Notes: generated by a model from the sequence alone, not told the origin. Positions 8,408 through 18,910 are shown, numbered from the stretch's first letter. The stretch is DNA of 32,000 nucleotides from Psychrobacter sp. DM4 (GCF_051307035.1 NZ_CP195536.1:180001-212000); one strand, 5' to 3'. Made by a program: numbers and translations.

Positions 8408-9523
8408 CTAAATATCGAGTATGACATCCGTTAAAGGCACATTAATACAAGTTTGAATAGATTCAAAACCGTCGCTGCTGACAGCGCCCGTCTGAATGTT
8501 TTTGACCTGACCACTTATCTTTTGACAGCGACATAGATGACAGATACCTCGGCGACATCCATAAGTCAGGCGTATACCGGCCGCTTCAGCACTCGCGAGC
8601 AAAGTAGTATCACTAGGGAACTGTCGTTGTCGTCCTCGTAGATAAACGGTTCGCTCTACGATATCGGTCTCATTTCGAACTTCGTCGTAGCTAGGAGTAC
8701 TCGTACCAAATTGTTCTACAGTAATATTGTCGCGTAGCGAAGTGTCATACTCTGAGCCGATATCACTGGCTGCCTGATAAAGGCTTGATAATAACCCTTG
8801 CGAGCCACAAGCATATATTTGCGTTCGATTGAGTGGTAGTCCAAGTGCTAGCAGACTCTGAGCAGTTAAATGACGGCTGTTTGCAAGATAAGTACTGGCG
8901 TCTTCGGTTACAATAAGATGGTAACGAAACCTAGAATACCTCGAAGATAAAGATGACCAAATAGACGTCAATATAGGGCTGCGATTGTAATGAAGCAAAG
9001 TCACCACCTGTCCATTCTGTAGCGCTTGGGTTATCAGTCCTAGCATCGGCGTAATTCCGCTACCGCTAGCGATACATAATACCGGTGAAGTGTTATTCGG
9101 CGTCAGTACAAAACTGCCACTTGGTACACTGCATTCAAAAACATCACCGAGCTCTGCGTGCCAAGTTAGATGCTTAGATATCAGACCTTGAGTCTTGATG
9201 GCGATAGTAATAGTGTGCGGTGTTTGGCTCTCCCACCATAGACTCTGTTTGGATAACCCTACTAACGAATACTGGCGCTGGTGACGAATACCCTCTATCG
9301 GAATGATTACACTAACGTGCTGTCCACCCTGCCACTTATTTTTGGACTGCTGACGAAAAGCATAATTCGTCTCAAATTGAAAGGCAATAAAATCATCGTC
9401 CAGCATGTGTCTTGCCATCAAGCGCAATTTTGGTACAGTTAAGGACCAAAAAGGATGTATACGCGTACTCATAAAATCCATAAAGACGCGCTGGATAATC
9501 TCAGGCTGATAGCCAGTCGTCAT
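8408..9523 (-). CDS. Ferredoxin-NAD(P)H reductase with C-terminal 2Fe-2S domain (DesC-like partner of the desaturase)
   Basis: It has the flavin motif 'RQYSLV', the NAD(P) motif 'ASGSGITP', and a C-terminal plant-type ferredoxin Cys cluster 'CRRGICHLCRC'. Confidence 0.85.
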   Translation of the reverse strand: MTTGYQPEIIQRVFMDFMSTRIHPFWSLTVPKLRLMARHMLDDDFIAFQFETNYAFRQQSKNKWQGGQHVSVIIPIEGIRHQRQYSLVGLSKQSLWWESQTPHTITIAIKTQGLISKHLTWHAELGDVFECSVPSGSFVLTPNNTSPVLCIASGSGITPMLGLITQALQNGQVVTLLHYNRSPILTSIWSSLSSRYSRFRYHLIVTEDASTYLANSRHLTAQSLLALGLPLNRTQIYACGSQGLLSSLYQAASDIGSEYDTSLRDNITVEQFGTSTPSYDEVRNETDIVERTVYLRGRQRQFPSDTTLLASAEAAGIRLTYGCRRGICHLCRCQKISGQVKNIQTGAVSSDGFESIQTCINVPLTDVILDI

Positions 9524-9968
9524 ATATAGGTATCCTTTATACTGCGCTTTAATGTAATAAGTATTAGAGTTGACCCTGCATTGGCATCGACAAGATTATG
9601 ACTTTGTTAAGCAATATTAACATACTAGTCTGTATTGATTAATTCTATAGTTTATTTGATGCAAAATTTTGTAGGAGTTATAAAACGAAAATATATCGTT
9701 GTATCATTATGAATATAGCTCATCGATAGCTCATATAAATACTTATGCATAGCTTTTATACAAAAGGCTCAGTACAACCCCACAAAGCCAGCTACAAATA
9801 CTAAATACGACTGAACACACCAGAAAACAAGCTCTCAGGTTGCAGGGGCTAGAGTACAATGCGATAATGGTTGACAATTTATATCTCAATTCCAAAGCAG
9901 TTACCGTCGCCGTGATAATAATGATGCGCTTGGTGATTGCTATTTCTAGGTAGTCCATCGGAGTATCA

Positions 9969-11630
9969 ATGGCTCAATATATCTACACAATGAACAATGT
10001 GTCAAAACTTGTTCCGCCTAAGCGCGAGATTCTAAAAAATATCAATTTATCATTTTTCCCTGGCGCCAAAATTGGTGTACTCGGTATCAACGGTTCAGGT
10101 AAGTCAACCTTGCTACGCATCATGGCAGGCGTCGATACTGAGTTCAGTGGTGAAGCACGCGCGCAAACGGGCACCAAAATTGGCTATTTGCCGCAGGAAC
10201 CACAGCTTGATGACAGCAAAAACGTCCGTGGTAATGTCGAAGACGGTATGCGTGAGGCGTTAGATGCGCTATCACGTCTAGATGCGATTTATGCCGAATA
10301 CGCGGAACCCGATGCAGACTTTGATAAGCTTGCAGAAGAGCAAGGTAAGATGGAAGACATTATTCAAGCATGGGATGCGCATAACCTAAACACCCAACTT
10401 GAAAAAGCGGCTGATGCATTGCGTCTACCGCCATGGGATGCTGATGTTAGCAAACTGTCTGGTGGTGAAAAACGCCGTGTGGCGCTATGTCGTCTGCTAT
10501 TGTCGCGTCCTGATATGCTACTACTCGATGAGCCAACCAACCATTTGGACGCCGAATCAGTCGCATGGTTAGAGCAGTTCTTGCAGAACTACAGTGGTAC
10601 TATCGTTGCCATTACCCATGATCGATATTTCTTAGATAATGTTGCTCAGTGGATTTTGGAGCTGGACCGTGGCCATGGCTATCCGTACGAAGGCAACTAT
10701 ACTGAGTGGCTCGAGCAAAAGAACACTCGCCTTGAGCAGCAAAATAAGCAAGAAGAATCGTTTGCTAAAGCATTGAAAAAAGAGCTTGAGTGGATTCGTA
10801 AAAACCAAAAAGGTCAACAAACTAAGTCTAAATCTCGTGTACAGCGTTTTGAAGAATTAAACTCGACGGAATTTCAAAAGCGTAACGAGACTTCAGAGAT
10901 TTATATTCCGCCTGGCCCTCGTTTAGGTAATAAAGTCATCGAAGTCAACGACATCTCCAAGTCATTTGGCGATCGTCTGCTTTATGAAAACCTAAGCTTT
11001 AATGTGCCAGCAGGTGCTATCGTTGGTATCATCGGTCCAAATGGTGCGGGTAAAACTACGCTATTTAACATGATTACCGAACGTGATACGCCAGATACGG
11101 GTTCAGTGGATCTAGGCGAAAGCGTCAGCGTTGCCTATGTCGGTCAGGTACGCGACAACTTAGATGATAGCAAGACCGTTTGGGAAGAGATATCTGATGG
11201 CCTCGATATTATTACCGTTGGTGACTATACGACGCCAAGCCGCGCTTATATTGGCCGCTTTAACTTTAAAGGTTCAGACCAGCAAAAGCATGTCGGTCAA
11301 CTCTCAGGTGGTGAGCGTAACCGTCTGCAATTAGCGAAGACGCTAAAGCAGGGTGCGAACGTATTGCTCCTCGATGAACCTTCAAACGATTTGGATATCG
11401 AAACTCTGCGGGCGTTAGAGGATGCTGTTCAAGTGTTCCCAGGTACGGTTATGGTCGTCTCGCATGATCGCTGGTTCCTTGACCGTATTGCGACGCATAT
11501 TCTAGCCTTTGAAGAGGAAGGTCCAGTTTGGTTCGACGGCAACTACTCTGAGTTTGAGACCTATCGCAAAAAGACTATGGGTGATGATGCTACGCCTAAG
11601 CGTATGAAATACAAAAAGATTTCGACTTAG
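9969..11630 (+). CDS. ettA: Energy-dependent translational throttle protein EttA (ABC-F ATPase)
   Basis: N-terminus MAQYIYTMNNVSK..PPKREILKNI.LSFFPGAKIGVLG.NG.GKST. It has two ABC cassettes with Walker A, LSGGE signature and Walker B motifs, and at 553 aa matches the EttA length. Confidence 0.93.
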   Translation: MAQYIYTMNNVSKLVPPKREILKNINLSFFPGAKIGVLGINGSGKSTLLRIMAGVDTEFSGEARAQTGTKIGYLPQEPQLDDSKNVRGNVEDGMREALDALSRLDAIYAEYAEPDADFDKLAEEQGKMEDIIQAWDAHNLNTQLEKAADALRLPPWDADVSKLSGGEKRRVALCRLLLSRPDMLLLDEPTNHLDAESVAWLEQFLQNYSGTIVAITHDRYFLDNVAQWILELDRGHGYPYEGNYTEWLEQKNTRLEQQNKQEESFAKALKKELEWIRKNQKGQQTKSKSRVQRFEELNSTEFQKRNETSEIYIPPGPRLGNKVIEVNDISKSFGDRLLYENLSFNVPAGAIVGIIGPNGAGKTTLFNMITERDTPDTGSVDLGESVSVAYVGQVRDNLDDSKTVWEEISDGLDIITVGDYTTPSRAYIGRFNFKGSDQQKHVGQLSGGERNRLQLAKTLKQGANVLLLDEPSNDLDIETLRALEDAVQVFPGTVMVVSHDRWFLDRIATHILAFEEEGPVWFDGNYSEFETYRKKTMGDDATPKRMKYKKIST

Positions 11631-11656
11631 TACCGCGTTTTAGTCACCTTAGGCCG

Positions 11657-11690
11657 TAAAAAAGACCTCTAATAATTGGAGGTCTTTTTT
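11657..11690. terminator. Bidirectional rho-independent terminator between ettA and plsB
   Basis: aaaaaagacctc (11658-11669) pairs with gaggtctttttt (11679-11690). Confidence 0.88.
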
Positions 11691-11711
11691 ATGGCCTAAA
11701 TTTATATATAT

Positions 11712-14507
11712 TTAACGCTTACGCCCAAATTTGCGCTGTTTTTTATTGCTAATCTCTGTAATAGCATGCGCAATCTCATCGTCATCCAAATTTGCCACTT
11801 GCTGCAAGGTTTGCATGATATCGGTTCCTAATACGTACTTGGCGTGCTGAGCAATATCATTGATGCGCTGATCAAAGGTTAGGACTCCTGATTCTGCGTC
11901 TTTTTGAAGATAATTAAGACGTTTAAGGGCGGCGACAAAACTGGTGAACAGTGCACGATCAAAAAAGTCAGGAATATCATCTGCGTAGAGCACTGATAAG
12001 CGCTGACCGAGCAGATGGCACAGATCGACCACTTCATCTTCAGTCAAATTACCAGAGCCTTGCTGCGCGAGCAGGGCAAGCGTCATAAAATAACGCTCAA
12101 GGCTTTGTTCGACAGGCGTTGCTAACACTTGAAGCTGCTGATACCTACTACTATTGGCTTCAGGTACACTCAACTTACCATCGCTTAGCTCAACGATGAG
12201 TCCATGAGCGATCATGTTATCGATTTTTTTATTCAAAGTGTCTTTTAGACCATGTGCTGGATAGTACAAGAACAGCTCCGTTTGTAGGAACGGATACAAC
12301 TGCTCGACTATACCATCAAGGCGGCTGCGTTCAATGCGACCATTACGCGCAACAAGCGCGGCTAAGAACGACATCAAGATAAAGACATGCAAGATGTTAT
12401 TGCGAAAGTAGCTCAGTAGCGCCGCTTGTTTGCCCGCGACTTGTATAATATCACCTAAAATATGCGGTATACGCTCAATCAGTTTGAGCTTGATGCCGTA
12501 GTCGATGATTTGCTGCGGCGTCATAACGGTGACGATCGTATCGTCAGAGTAGGGCATGTTACTTGCGATATTGTGATAAAGCGCAATCTGCTCACGGCAG
12601 ATATCTTCATCAAGAGCTGCTTTTGGTGCTGATAGCAATACCAAGGAGAGCAAGGACACAGGGTTAACTACTGCCGCTTTATTGATGTGCTGCATGATCT
12701 TGATACCGATATTATCGACCATCGCACTGGTATTGTCATCAAGTGGTGTATCGGTGCGATCCGTAGGCAAACTATTGGCAGGCACATCGAACTTTTGCAT
12801 AAAGTCCTCAATGTGGAGCGGCGTACCAAAACTTAAATGCACTGATCCAAAGATACGCTCGATTTTGCGTCCGACTTTGAGCAGACCTATTAGCGACTCT
12901 GACTCTTTAGGTTTACCCTTAAGCTCGCCGATGTAGGTGACGCCCTCCATAATGCGCTCGTAACCAATATAGGTTGGAATAAATACTACAGGCTTATTAG
13001 TGCGGCGCAGCTGACTGTGAATCGTCATCGCTAGCATACCCATCTTGGGTGGTAGCAGACGCCCTGAACGGGAGCGCCCGCCTTCGATAAAGTATTCGAT
13101 AGGCGTATTACGAGTGATAAGCGTATGCATATACTCACGTAAAACGGCGGTATACAACGCATTACCACGAAAGCTACGACGAATATAAAAAGCAACAGCG
13201 CCGCGTAATAGCGATCCCAATATGGGGACATCTAGATTATCACCCGCCGCCACATAAGGAATGCTCAGACCGCGCTTATAGATGACATAGGAGAGTAATA
13301 AATAATCAACATGACTGCGATGACAAGGCACGTAGATGATTTCGTAATCCGTTGCTAGAGCCCGCACACGTTCAAAATGATGGACTTCCACACCGTCATA
13401 TAGCTGCGTCCACAACCAAGTCAAAAATTTATCAAAGATACGAATGACTTGATAAGAGTAATCGTTGACCATCTCATTAGCATAGTCCTTGGCCGTTGCT
13501 CGCGCCTCGCGAACACTAACGCCACTGGCTACAGCTTCAGTTTCTATCGCATGTTTGATAGCAGGGGAGTAGATGAGCTTATCGACTAGATTACGCCTAT
13601 CTGATAAATCCGGTCCAAGCATACTGGCACGCTGTTTATCGAGATAAATATTGAGCTGCTGCTGTAGTGAGCGTACTAGTTCACGATGACCATCACTCGC
13701 TGTCATGAGTTCATGAGACGGCGTATCGTTATTACTAGTGAATGTGCTTGTGTTAGAAGTATTGGCTTCAGAAGTGTGGATAATATCAGCTTCAGTCAAA
13801 GCTGTGATATCGACCGCTACTGCGGCCTCTACATTGATAGACATCGGCTCGTCCGCTATAAGCTCGTCAGGCAGACGCTTATAAATAGCTTGGCGCAAGT
13901 CCTGCGGCGCGTGGAACTGTACAAAAGTATCGCGGCCCATAACGCCAATGTTAAATAACTGTTTGGTGATCCCAGGATCTTCCCAGTTGTCCGTCATAAG
14001 CAGTTTGAACAGTGAATCTTCTTTTTCAGGAGCGCGTCCCCACAGTATAGAGACAGGGATGAGTCTAATCTTTAAATCAGGGTAGCGCAAAATAGCAGCA
14101 ATGAGCCGTGCTAGGCGCGGCGAGAGTTGATCGTCTTTTGCCTTTGGATGATGCAAAAATATAATACCAGCGTTCTCGTAGATGTCATGCGCGTGGTCAC
14201 TGACTTGAGCCAAAGCGGGCGGTAGACTGTGCTCCCCAGTCTGCAAGTCAATCAAGAGACTATTGGAGCGCGAATAATCTTGCAACACATAAAAGGTCAG
14301 GGTCTGATCGTCACCATCGAACTGCGGCACTTCACCTAAGAGCTTAGGCTTGACTGCGACATCGAGCGCTTGTCCCGATATCTTGCGATACAGCTGATTT
14401 AGAGGCGTATTGCCTTGAGGCTTGTCTATCGACTTAACCGTTTTGTTTGGAGCGTTATCCTTAACGGGCGCTCTAAAAAGGCGTTTTTTTATAAACTTAG
14501 GTATCAT
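11712..14507 (-). CDS. plsB: Glycerol-3-phosphate 1-O-acyltransferase PlsB
   Basis: It has the acyltransferase H(X)4D block 'PCHRSHVDYLLLSYV' and 'YFIEGGRSRSGRLL.PK.G'. It is collinear with PlsB over the full length but longer, at 931 aa. Confidence 0.93.
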   Translation of the reverse strand: MIPKFIKKRLFRAPVKDNAPNKTVKSIDKPQGNTPLNQLYRKISGQALDVAVKPKLLGEVPQFDGDDQTLTFYVLQDYSRSNSLLIDLQTGEHSLPPALAQVSDHAHDIYENAGIIFLHHPKAKDDQLSPRLARLIAAILRYPDLKIRLIPVSILWGRAPEKEDSLFKLLMTDNWEDPGITKQLFNIGVMGRDTFVQFHAPQDLRQAIYKRLPDELIADEPMSINVEAAVAVDITALTEADIIHTSEANTSNTSTFTSNNDTPSHELMTASDGHRELVRSLQQQLNIYLDKQRASMLGPDLSDRRNLVDKLIYSPAIKHAIETEAVASGVSVREARATAKDYANEMVNDYSYQVIRIFDKFLTWLWTQLYDGVEVHHFERVRALATDYEIIYVPCHRSHVDYLLLSYVIYKRGLSIPYVAAGDNLDVPILGSLLRGAVAFYIRRSFRGNALYTAVLREYMHTLITRNTPIEYFIEGGRSRSGRLLPPKMGMLAMTIHSQLRRTNKPVVFIPTYIGYERIMEGVTYIGELKGKPKESESLIGLLKVGRKIERIFGSVHLSFGTPLHIEDFMQKFDVPANSLPTDRTDTPLDDNTSAMVDNIGIKIMQHINKAAVVNPVSLLSLVLLSAPKAALDEDICREQIALYHNIASNMPYSDDTIVTVMTPQQIIDYGIKLKLIERIPHILGDIIQVAGKQAALLSYFRNNILHVFILMSFLAALVARNGRIERSRLDGIVEQLYPFLQTELFLYYPAHGLKDTLNKKIDNMIAHGLIVELSDGKLSVPEANSSRYQQLQVLATPVEQSLERYFMTLALLAQQGSGNLTEDEVVDLCHLLGQRLSVLYADDIPDFFDRALFTSFVAALKRLNYLQKDAESGVLTFDQRINDIAQHAKYVLGTDIMQTLQQVANLDDDEIAHAITEISNKKQRKFGRKR

Positions 14508-14700
14508 AATGAGTAGTCAAAAGTCGTAAAGTGTAATAGGCTTATGATGCCATAAAAGGACATAAAACGATATCTTCTGTGTTCATTCAGTATTAATATA
14601 ATATTAAGTGTTAGTAGTTTGAGCTCAAGATACGGCAACGTATTGTGACGCAAAACTGTCTTTTAGTCTTATCTATATCATAAGTTAGGTTCTGTCGCCT

Positions 14701-15171
14701 ATGACTCCAGCAATCGATACCGCCAAAAAACATCAGCTTGATTACCACATTCATGAATATACTCATAATAGTAGCGCTGTCTCCTATGGGTTGGAGGCTG
14801 CCCACAAGCTTGGCGTGGCAAGTGTACAAGTCTACAAAACCTTGGTGGTCATGGCAGAGACAGGTCTGCTTGCCGTAGCCGTACTGCCAGTGGACAAAAC
14901 CTTGAACTTCAAAAAAATGGCCAAAGCGATACGCCATAAAAAGGTGCAACTGGCTGATCCCAAACAAGTAGTACGTAGTACAGGATATGTATTGGGCGGC
15001 GTCAGTCCTTTGGGACAAAAGAAGCAATTAGTGACTATTATTGATAGTGCAGCCCTCAAGCAGACCAGCATCTATGTCAGTGCAGGTCGCCGTGGTCTTG
15101 AAATAGAATTATCTGCTCTACAATTAGCCGAGACGCTCAACGCCCGTTTTGAAGATATTGTGGATGGCTAA
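14701..15171 (+). CDS. ybaK: Cys-tRNA(Pro)/Cys-tRNA(Cys) deacylase YbaK
   Basis: 156 aa with YbaK/ProX-type motifs 'YKTLVV' and 'TGYVLGGVSPLGQKK'. Confidence 0.88.
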   Translation: MTPAIDTAKKHQLDYHIHEYTHNSSAVSYGLEAAHKLGVASVQVYKTLVVMAETGLLAVAVLPVDKTLNFKKMAKAIRHKKVQLADPKQVVRSTGYVLGGVSPLGQKKQLVTIIDSAALKQTSIYVSAGRRGLEIELSALQLAETLNARFEDIVDG

Positions 15172-15238
15172 TCTTTATGTTTTAATCTCTCAGTTTTCAA
15201 ACTACTAATTCGTTTTTTAGCAAAAAAGGATAACCTCT

Positions 15239-15616
15239 ATGCCGCATCTAACGATTCAAGCGACGCCCAATGTGACTATTTCGCATAAGGAGTCTCTGCT
15301 AAAAGCATTGAACCAAGCGCTGTGGGATAGTGGACATTTTGGCAAACCTACTGATATTAAAGCGCGAATACTACCGATAGAGACGTTCTTAATAGGTGTA
15401 AATGATGACGAGCAAGAAAATGGCTTTATTTATGTGCATCTAAAACTGATGTCAGGGCGTGATATGGTCGCGCGCAATCAGTTGTGTGAGCTGCTTATCA
15501 CAACGACTGAAGCGATACTAAAGGATGAGCAATCAGGTCGCGTCACTATACAAGTCTGTGCTGAGGTAGAAGAGATCAGTGCGGTCTATCATAAAAAGTT
15601 TTTTAGCGCACTCTAA
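15239..15616 (+). CDS. 5-carboxymethyl-2-hydroxymuconate isomerase-like (tautomerase superfamily) protein
   Basis: 125 aa starting MPH (Pro-1 after Met removal). Length and pattern are consistent with the CHMI family. The assignment is from memory only. Confidence 0.55.
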   Translation: MPHLTIQATPNVTISHKESLLKALNQALWDSGHFGKPTDIKARILPIETFLIGVNDDEQENGFIYVHLKLMSGRDMVARNQLCELLITTTEAILKDEQSGRVTIQVCAEVEEISAVYHKKFFSAL

Positions 15617-15640
15617 TAAATAGCTTACATTTTGAAAAGC

Positions 15641-15672
15641 AAAAAAAGCGCCTCAATTGAGGCGCTTTTTTG
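15641..15672. terminator. Bidirectional rho-independent terminator
   Basis: aaaaaaagcgcctc-aatt-gaggcgctttttt. The stem gcgcctc (15648-15654) pairs with gaggcgc (15659-15665). Confidence 0.88.
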
Positions 15673-15712
15673 TTGGCTCTAAAACTCTATTCGCTTTGAG
15701 ACTTGATTGAAT

Positions 15713-17533
15713 TTAATCTAAAAATGCAAAGCTATCGACAGGCATTGCCATCATGCTATCGCTTGGTGCGACCATGGCTTCTGCGTGACCTGAAGTACGT
15801 GGCAATAGCTTGTCAAAGTAAAATTCAGCCGTTTGGATTTTGGCTTCATAAAACTCTGGCGCTTCAACGCCGCCGTTCTCTAACTTGTCATAAGCGACTG
15901 CGGCCATACGTGCCCAATGGTAACCCATCATCACATAGCCTGAGTACATCAAAAAGTCCTCTGATGCGGCTGAAATGATTTCACGATCTTTACGTGCCAT
16001 TAGCATCAAGCGTACGGTTAGCGTATTCCACTCAGCACAAAGCTTAGTCAGTGCCCAAACGAATTTGCGCATATCTTTGTCTAGCGCATACTCACCGCAC
16101 CACTTCATAATGCTTGAGGTGTAATCACGAATAATTTTGCCTTTAGATTGCAAGATAACTTTACGACCTAGTAGATCGAGCGCTTGGATACCTGTGGTGC
16201 CCTCATACATCGTCGCGATACGAGCGTCACGAGCGATGAGTTCCATGCCCCACTCTTTGATATAACCGTGACCGCCATAGACTTGCTGACCGTGTTTGGC
16301 CGCCTCAATACCTAGCTCCGTTAAGAAGCCTTTGAGGATAGGCGTATAAAAACCTAACTTGTCATCCCACTTTTCAAACTCAGCGTCGTCATCATTGGCA
16401 ACGCCTTGAGCCATCTTGTCCGCATAGCGTGCTGAATGATAAATCATCGAGCGACCGCCTTCGGCAAAGGCTTTTTGGGTCAATAGCATACGACGTACGT
16501 CAGCGTGATGAATGATTGCATCCGCTACTTTTTCAGGATCTTTAGTACCTGATAGCGCGCGCATAGAACGGCGATCTTTGGCATAAGGAAGCGAGTTTTG
16601 GAACGCAAGCTCAGTGTGAGCCAAACCTTCGATACCAGTACCGATACGAGCGGTGTTCATAAAGGTGAACATGGCTTTTAGGCCGCGGTTAGGCTCACCG
16701 ATAAGATAAGCAGTCGCGTCATCAAAGTTTAGGACACAAGTCGCTGATGAGTTGATACCCATTTTGTGCTCGATAGAGCCGCAGCTAACCGTGTTACGCT
16801 CGCCGACTTCACCATCTGTATTTGGCAAGAATTTTGGCACAATAAACAGTGAGATACCGCGAGTACCGCTTGGCGCATCTGGCAGGCGCGCTAGGACGAT
16901 ATGGACGATGTTTTCAGTTAAGTCGTGCTCGCCACTTGAGATAAAGATTTTGGTGCCGCTAAGCTTGTAGCTACCATCGTCTTGCGGAATAGCTTTTGAT
17001 TTGACCTGACCCAAATCGGTACCACAATGGGGTTCAGTCAGACACATGGTACCTGCCCACGAGCCTTCGACCAATTTATGCAAATAGGTCTCTTTTTGCT
17101 CATCAGAACCGTACTGCATTATGGTGTTGATACAACCCGTTGATAGGCCTGGGTACATCGACCAAGGCCAATTAGCTGTACCGATGATCTCAGCTTTGAT
17201 CAGGTTGATAGACATCGGTAAGTTCATACCGCCGTAAGCTTCAGGATAAGAGATACCTTGCCAGCCGCCTTCTACAAACTGGTTGTATGCATCTTTGAAG
17301 CCCTTTGGCGTCGTTACCACACCGTTTTCAAAATGACAGCCTTCAGCATCAGCGGGCTGATACAGAGGTGATAGGACATTTTCGGCAAAGTCAGCCATGC
17401 CTTGTAGGATCATATCGACGGTTTCAGAATCTGCATTTTCACCATTGTCTAGATCTTTGTAATGCTTCTGAAAATCGAAAACATCGTTTATCAAGAATTT
17501 AATGTCACGTAAAGGTGCTTTGTAAGTCAACAT
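15713..17533 (-). CDS. Large acyl-CoA dehydrogenase (FadE-like, about 600-aa class)
   Basis: 606 aa with an N-terminal 'YKAPLRDIKFL' extension and ACAD middle and C-terminal domains ('LTEP.CGTDL', 'IYEGT.GIQ'). Confidence 0.9.
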   Translation of the reverse strand: MLTYKAPLRDIKFLINDVFDFQKHYKDLDNGENADSETVDMILQGMADFAENVLSPLYQPADAEGCHFENGVVTTPKGFKDAYNQFVEGGWQGISYPEAYGGMNLPMSINLIKAEIIGTANWPWSMYPGLSTGCINTIMQYGSDEQKETYLHKLVEGSWAGTMCLTEPHCGTDLGQVKSKAIPQDDGSYKLSGTKIFISSGEHDLTENIVHIVLARLPDAPSGTRGISLFIVPKFLPNTDGEVGERNTVSCGSIEHKMGINSSATCVLNFDDATAYLIGEPNRGLKAMFTFMNTARIGTGIEGLAHTELAFQNSLPYAKDRRSMRALSGTKDPEKVADAIIHHADVRRMLLTQKAFAEGGRSMIYHSARYADKMAQGVANDDDAEFEKWDDKLGFYTPILKGFLTELGIEAAKHGQQVYGGHGYIKEWGMELIARDARIATMYEGTTGIQALDLLGRKVILQSKGKIIRDYTSSIMKWCGEYALDKDMRKFVWALTKLCAEWNTLTVRLMLMARKDREIISAASEDFLMYSGYVMMGYHWARMAAVAYDKLENGGVEAPEFYEAKIQTAEFYFDKLLPRTSGHAEAMVAPSDSMMAMPVDSFAFLD

Positions 17534-18046
17534 AATTAAGTCTCTTTGGTGGATTCGCTCAAATCAGCTTGATAATAAAAGCTGCTATAAAAATGAGAGG
17601 CACTATTGTCTGATAGCGCTATGATATATAAAAGAATTCTGAAGTCATTTTTTGTAAACTAACGCGCAATAAATAAGCCGTAAAAATAGCTTATAAGTAG
17701 CCAGCTACAAGGGTGTTAGTACTGACTATGACGAATACTCAATAAAAACCAGTCACTGTTAAGCCATAATCTACATTCAAATGAGCTAAAACAGGAACTG
17801 TGATGACACCAGTATAAGTCTTATCTGACAACAAATATATAATACATAACTATAATTCATATCTCAGTAGATCACGTATTCATTTAAGTTATGGTAAATA
17901 ACCTATTGAACTGAAGTATAGTCTTTCTTACTCATCAAAGCCTGTGTTCAAAGTATCTTTTGAATTTTTGACCACAGCGTTTTATCGATAACTTATTGTC
18001 ATCTATCTTCACGTGTTATTCATCAGAGGTCGTTATTCAGTGCTAT

Positions 18047-18910
18047 TTATGACTTATTACCAAGGGCAAGTATAGCTTGTTCGACATTAATAGTGTGACC
18101 TGTCCAGCGCTCAAAGCTCAATGCTGCTTGATGAATAAGCATGCCATAACCCTCTGAGGTCTGAGCGCCGCGCGCCGCAAAATGCTCCAAAAACGGCAAC
18201 GCTCTTCCATACATCATATCGTAAGCATAGCGAGTCTGTAGATCAGTAGAGAGTGGTAAAGTGGCATCTGTAAGACCAATGGAGGTAGCATTGATGATGA
18301 TATCAAACGTACCGCGTAGATCGCTTGTGGCACAGATCTCTATGTCACAAGCACTGATCTTATCGCTGGCGGCACTCAGTTCAGTGGCGAGCGTTTGCGC
18401 TTTACTCACAGTACGATTGGCAACCGTCAGTTGCGTGATACCAGCCTCAATGAGCGGCAGTATCACCCCGCGAGCTGCGCCGCCAGCACCGATAATAGCC
18501 ACGCGCGCCCCTGTTAAGACCCAGCCCAGACTGCTGATATGAGTGACAAGTCCTCGACCATCTGTATTGTCACCGTATATAGCATCAACGATAGGCGCAC
18601 CGTTATCTAGCAGCGCTCGATTTAGCAGTAAAGTATTGACCGCACCTGCGATTTTGGCATGTTCTGACAAACCGCCATGCACCTGACAGTATGCATAGGC
18701 CATTTGTTTAAAAGGCACAGTAACATTAGCGCCCGCGCCGCCACCATGAAAAAAAGCTTCAATTACAGCGGTAAAGCTGCCCTCATCATCAGGACAATAT
18801 TGACGCTGATAGGAGATATCGAGGGAGACTTGAGTCGCGAACACCTGATGGATTTGTGGTGATTTGCTATGTACGATGGGGCTTCCAATGACGACAAAGT
18901 GCTGAGTCAT
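18047..18910 (-). CDS. aroE: Shikimate dehydrogenase AroE
   Basis: Motifs 'GSPIVHSKSPQIH', 'GANVTVPFK', 'AVNT' and 'GAGGAARG' are present. I placed the start at MTQHF (ATG 18908-18910) rather than the tracked upstream Met. Confidence 0.9.
   Translation of the reverse strand: MTQHFVVIGSPIVHSKSPQIHQVFATQVSLDISYQRQYCPDDEGSFTAVIEAFFHGGGAGANVTVPFKQMAYAYCQVHGGLSEHAKIAGAVNTLLLNRALLDNGAPIVDAIYGDNTDGRGLVTHISSLGWVLTGARVAIIGAGGAARGVILPLIEAGITQLTVANRTVSKAQTLATELSAASDKISACDIEICATSDLRGTFDIIINATSIGLTDATLPLSTDLQTRYAYDMMYGRALPFLEHFAARGAQTSEGYGMLIHQAALSFERWTGHTINVEQAILALGNKS

Noticed and set aside
9743-9958. 71-aa hydrophobic ORF upstream of ettA
   Set aside because: It has no Shine-Dalgarno sequence and lies in an AT-rich divergent promoter region. 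Its Cys/Ile/Leu-rich sequence has no recognisable family. I cannot fully exclude a small membrane protein.
14611-15027. 138-aa ORF antisense to ybaK and spanning the plsB-ybaK spacer
   Set aside because: It overlaps the well-supported ybaK gene, has an odd composition and no recognisable domain, and is a likely shadow ORF.
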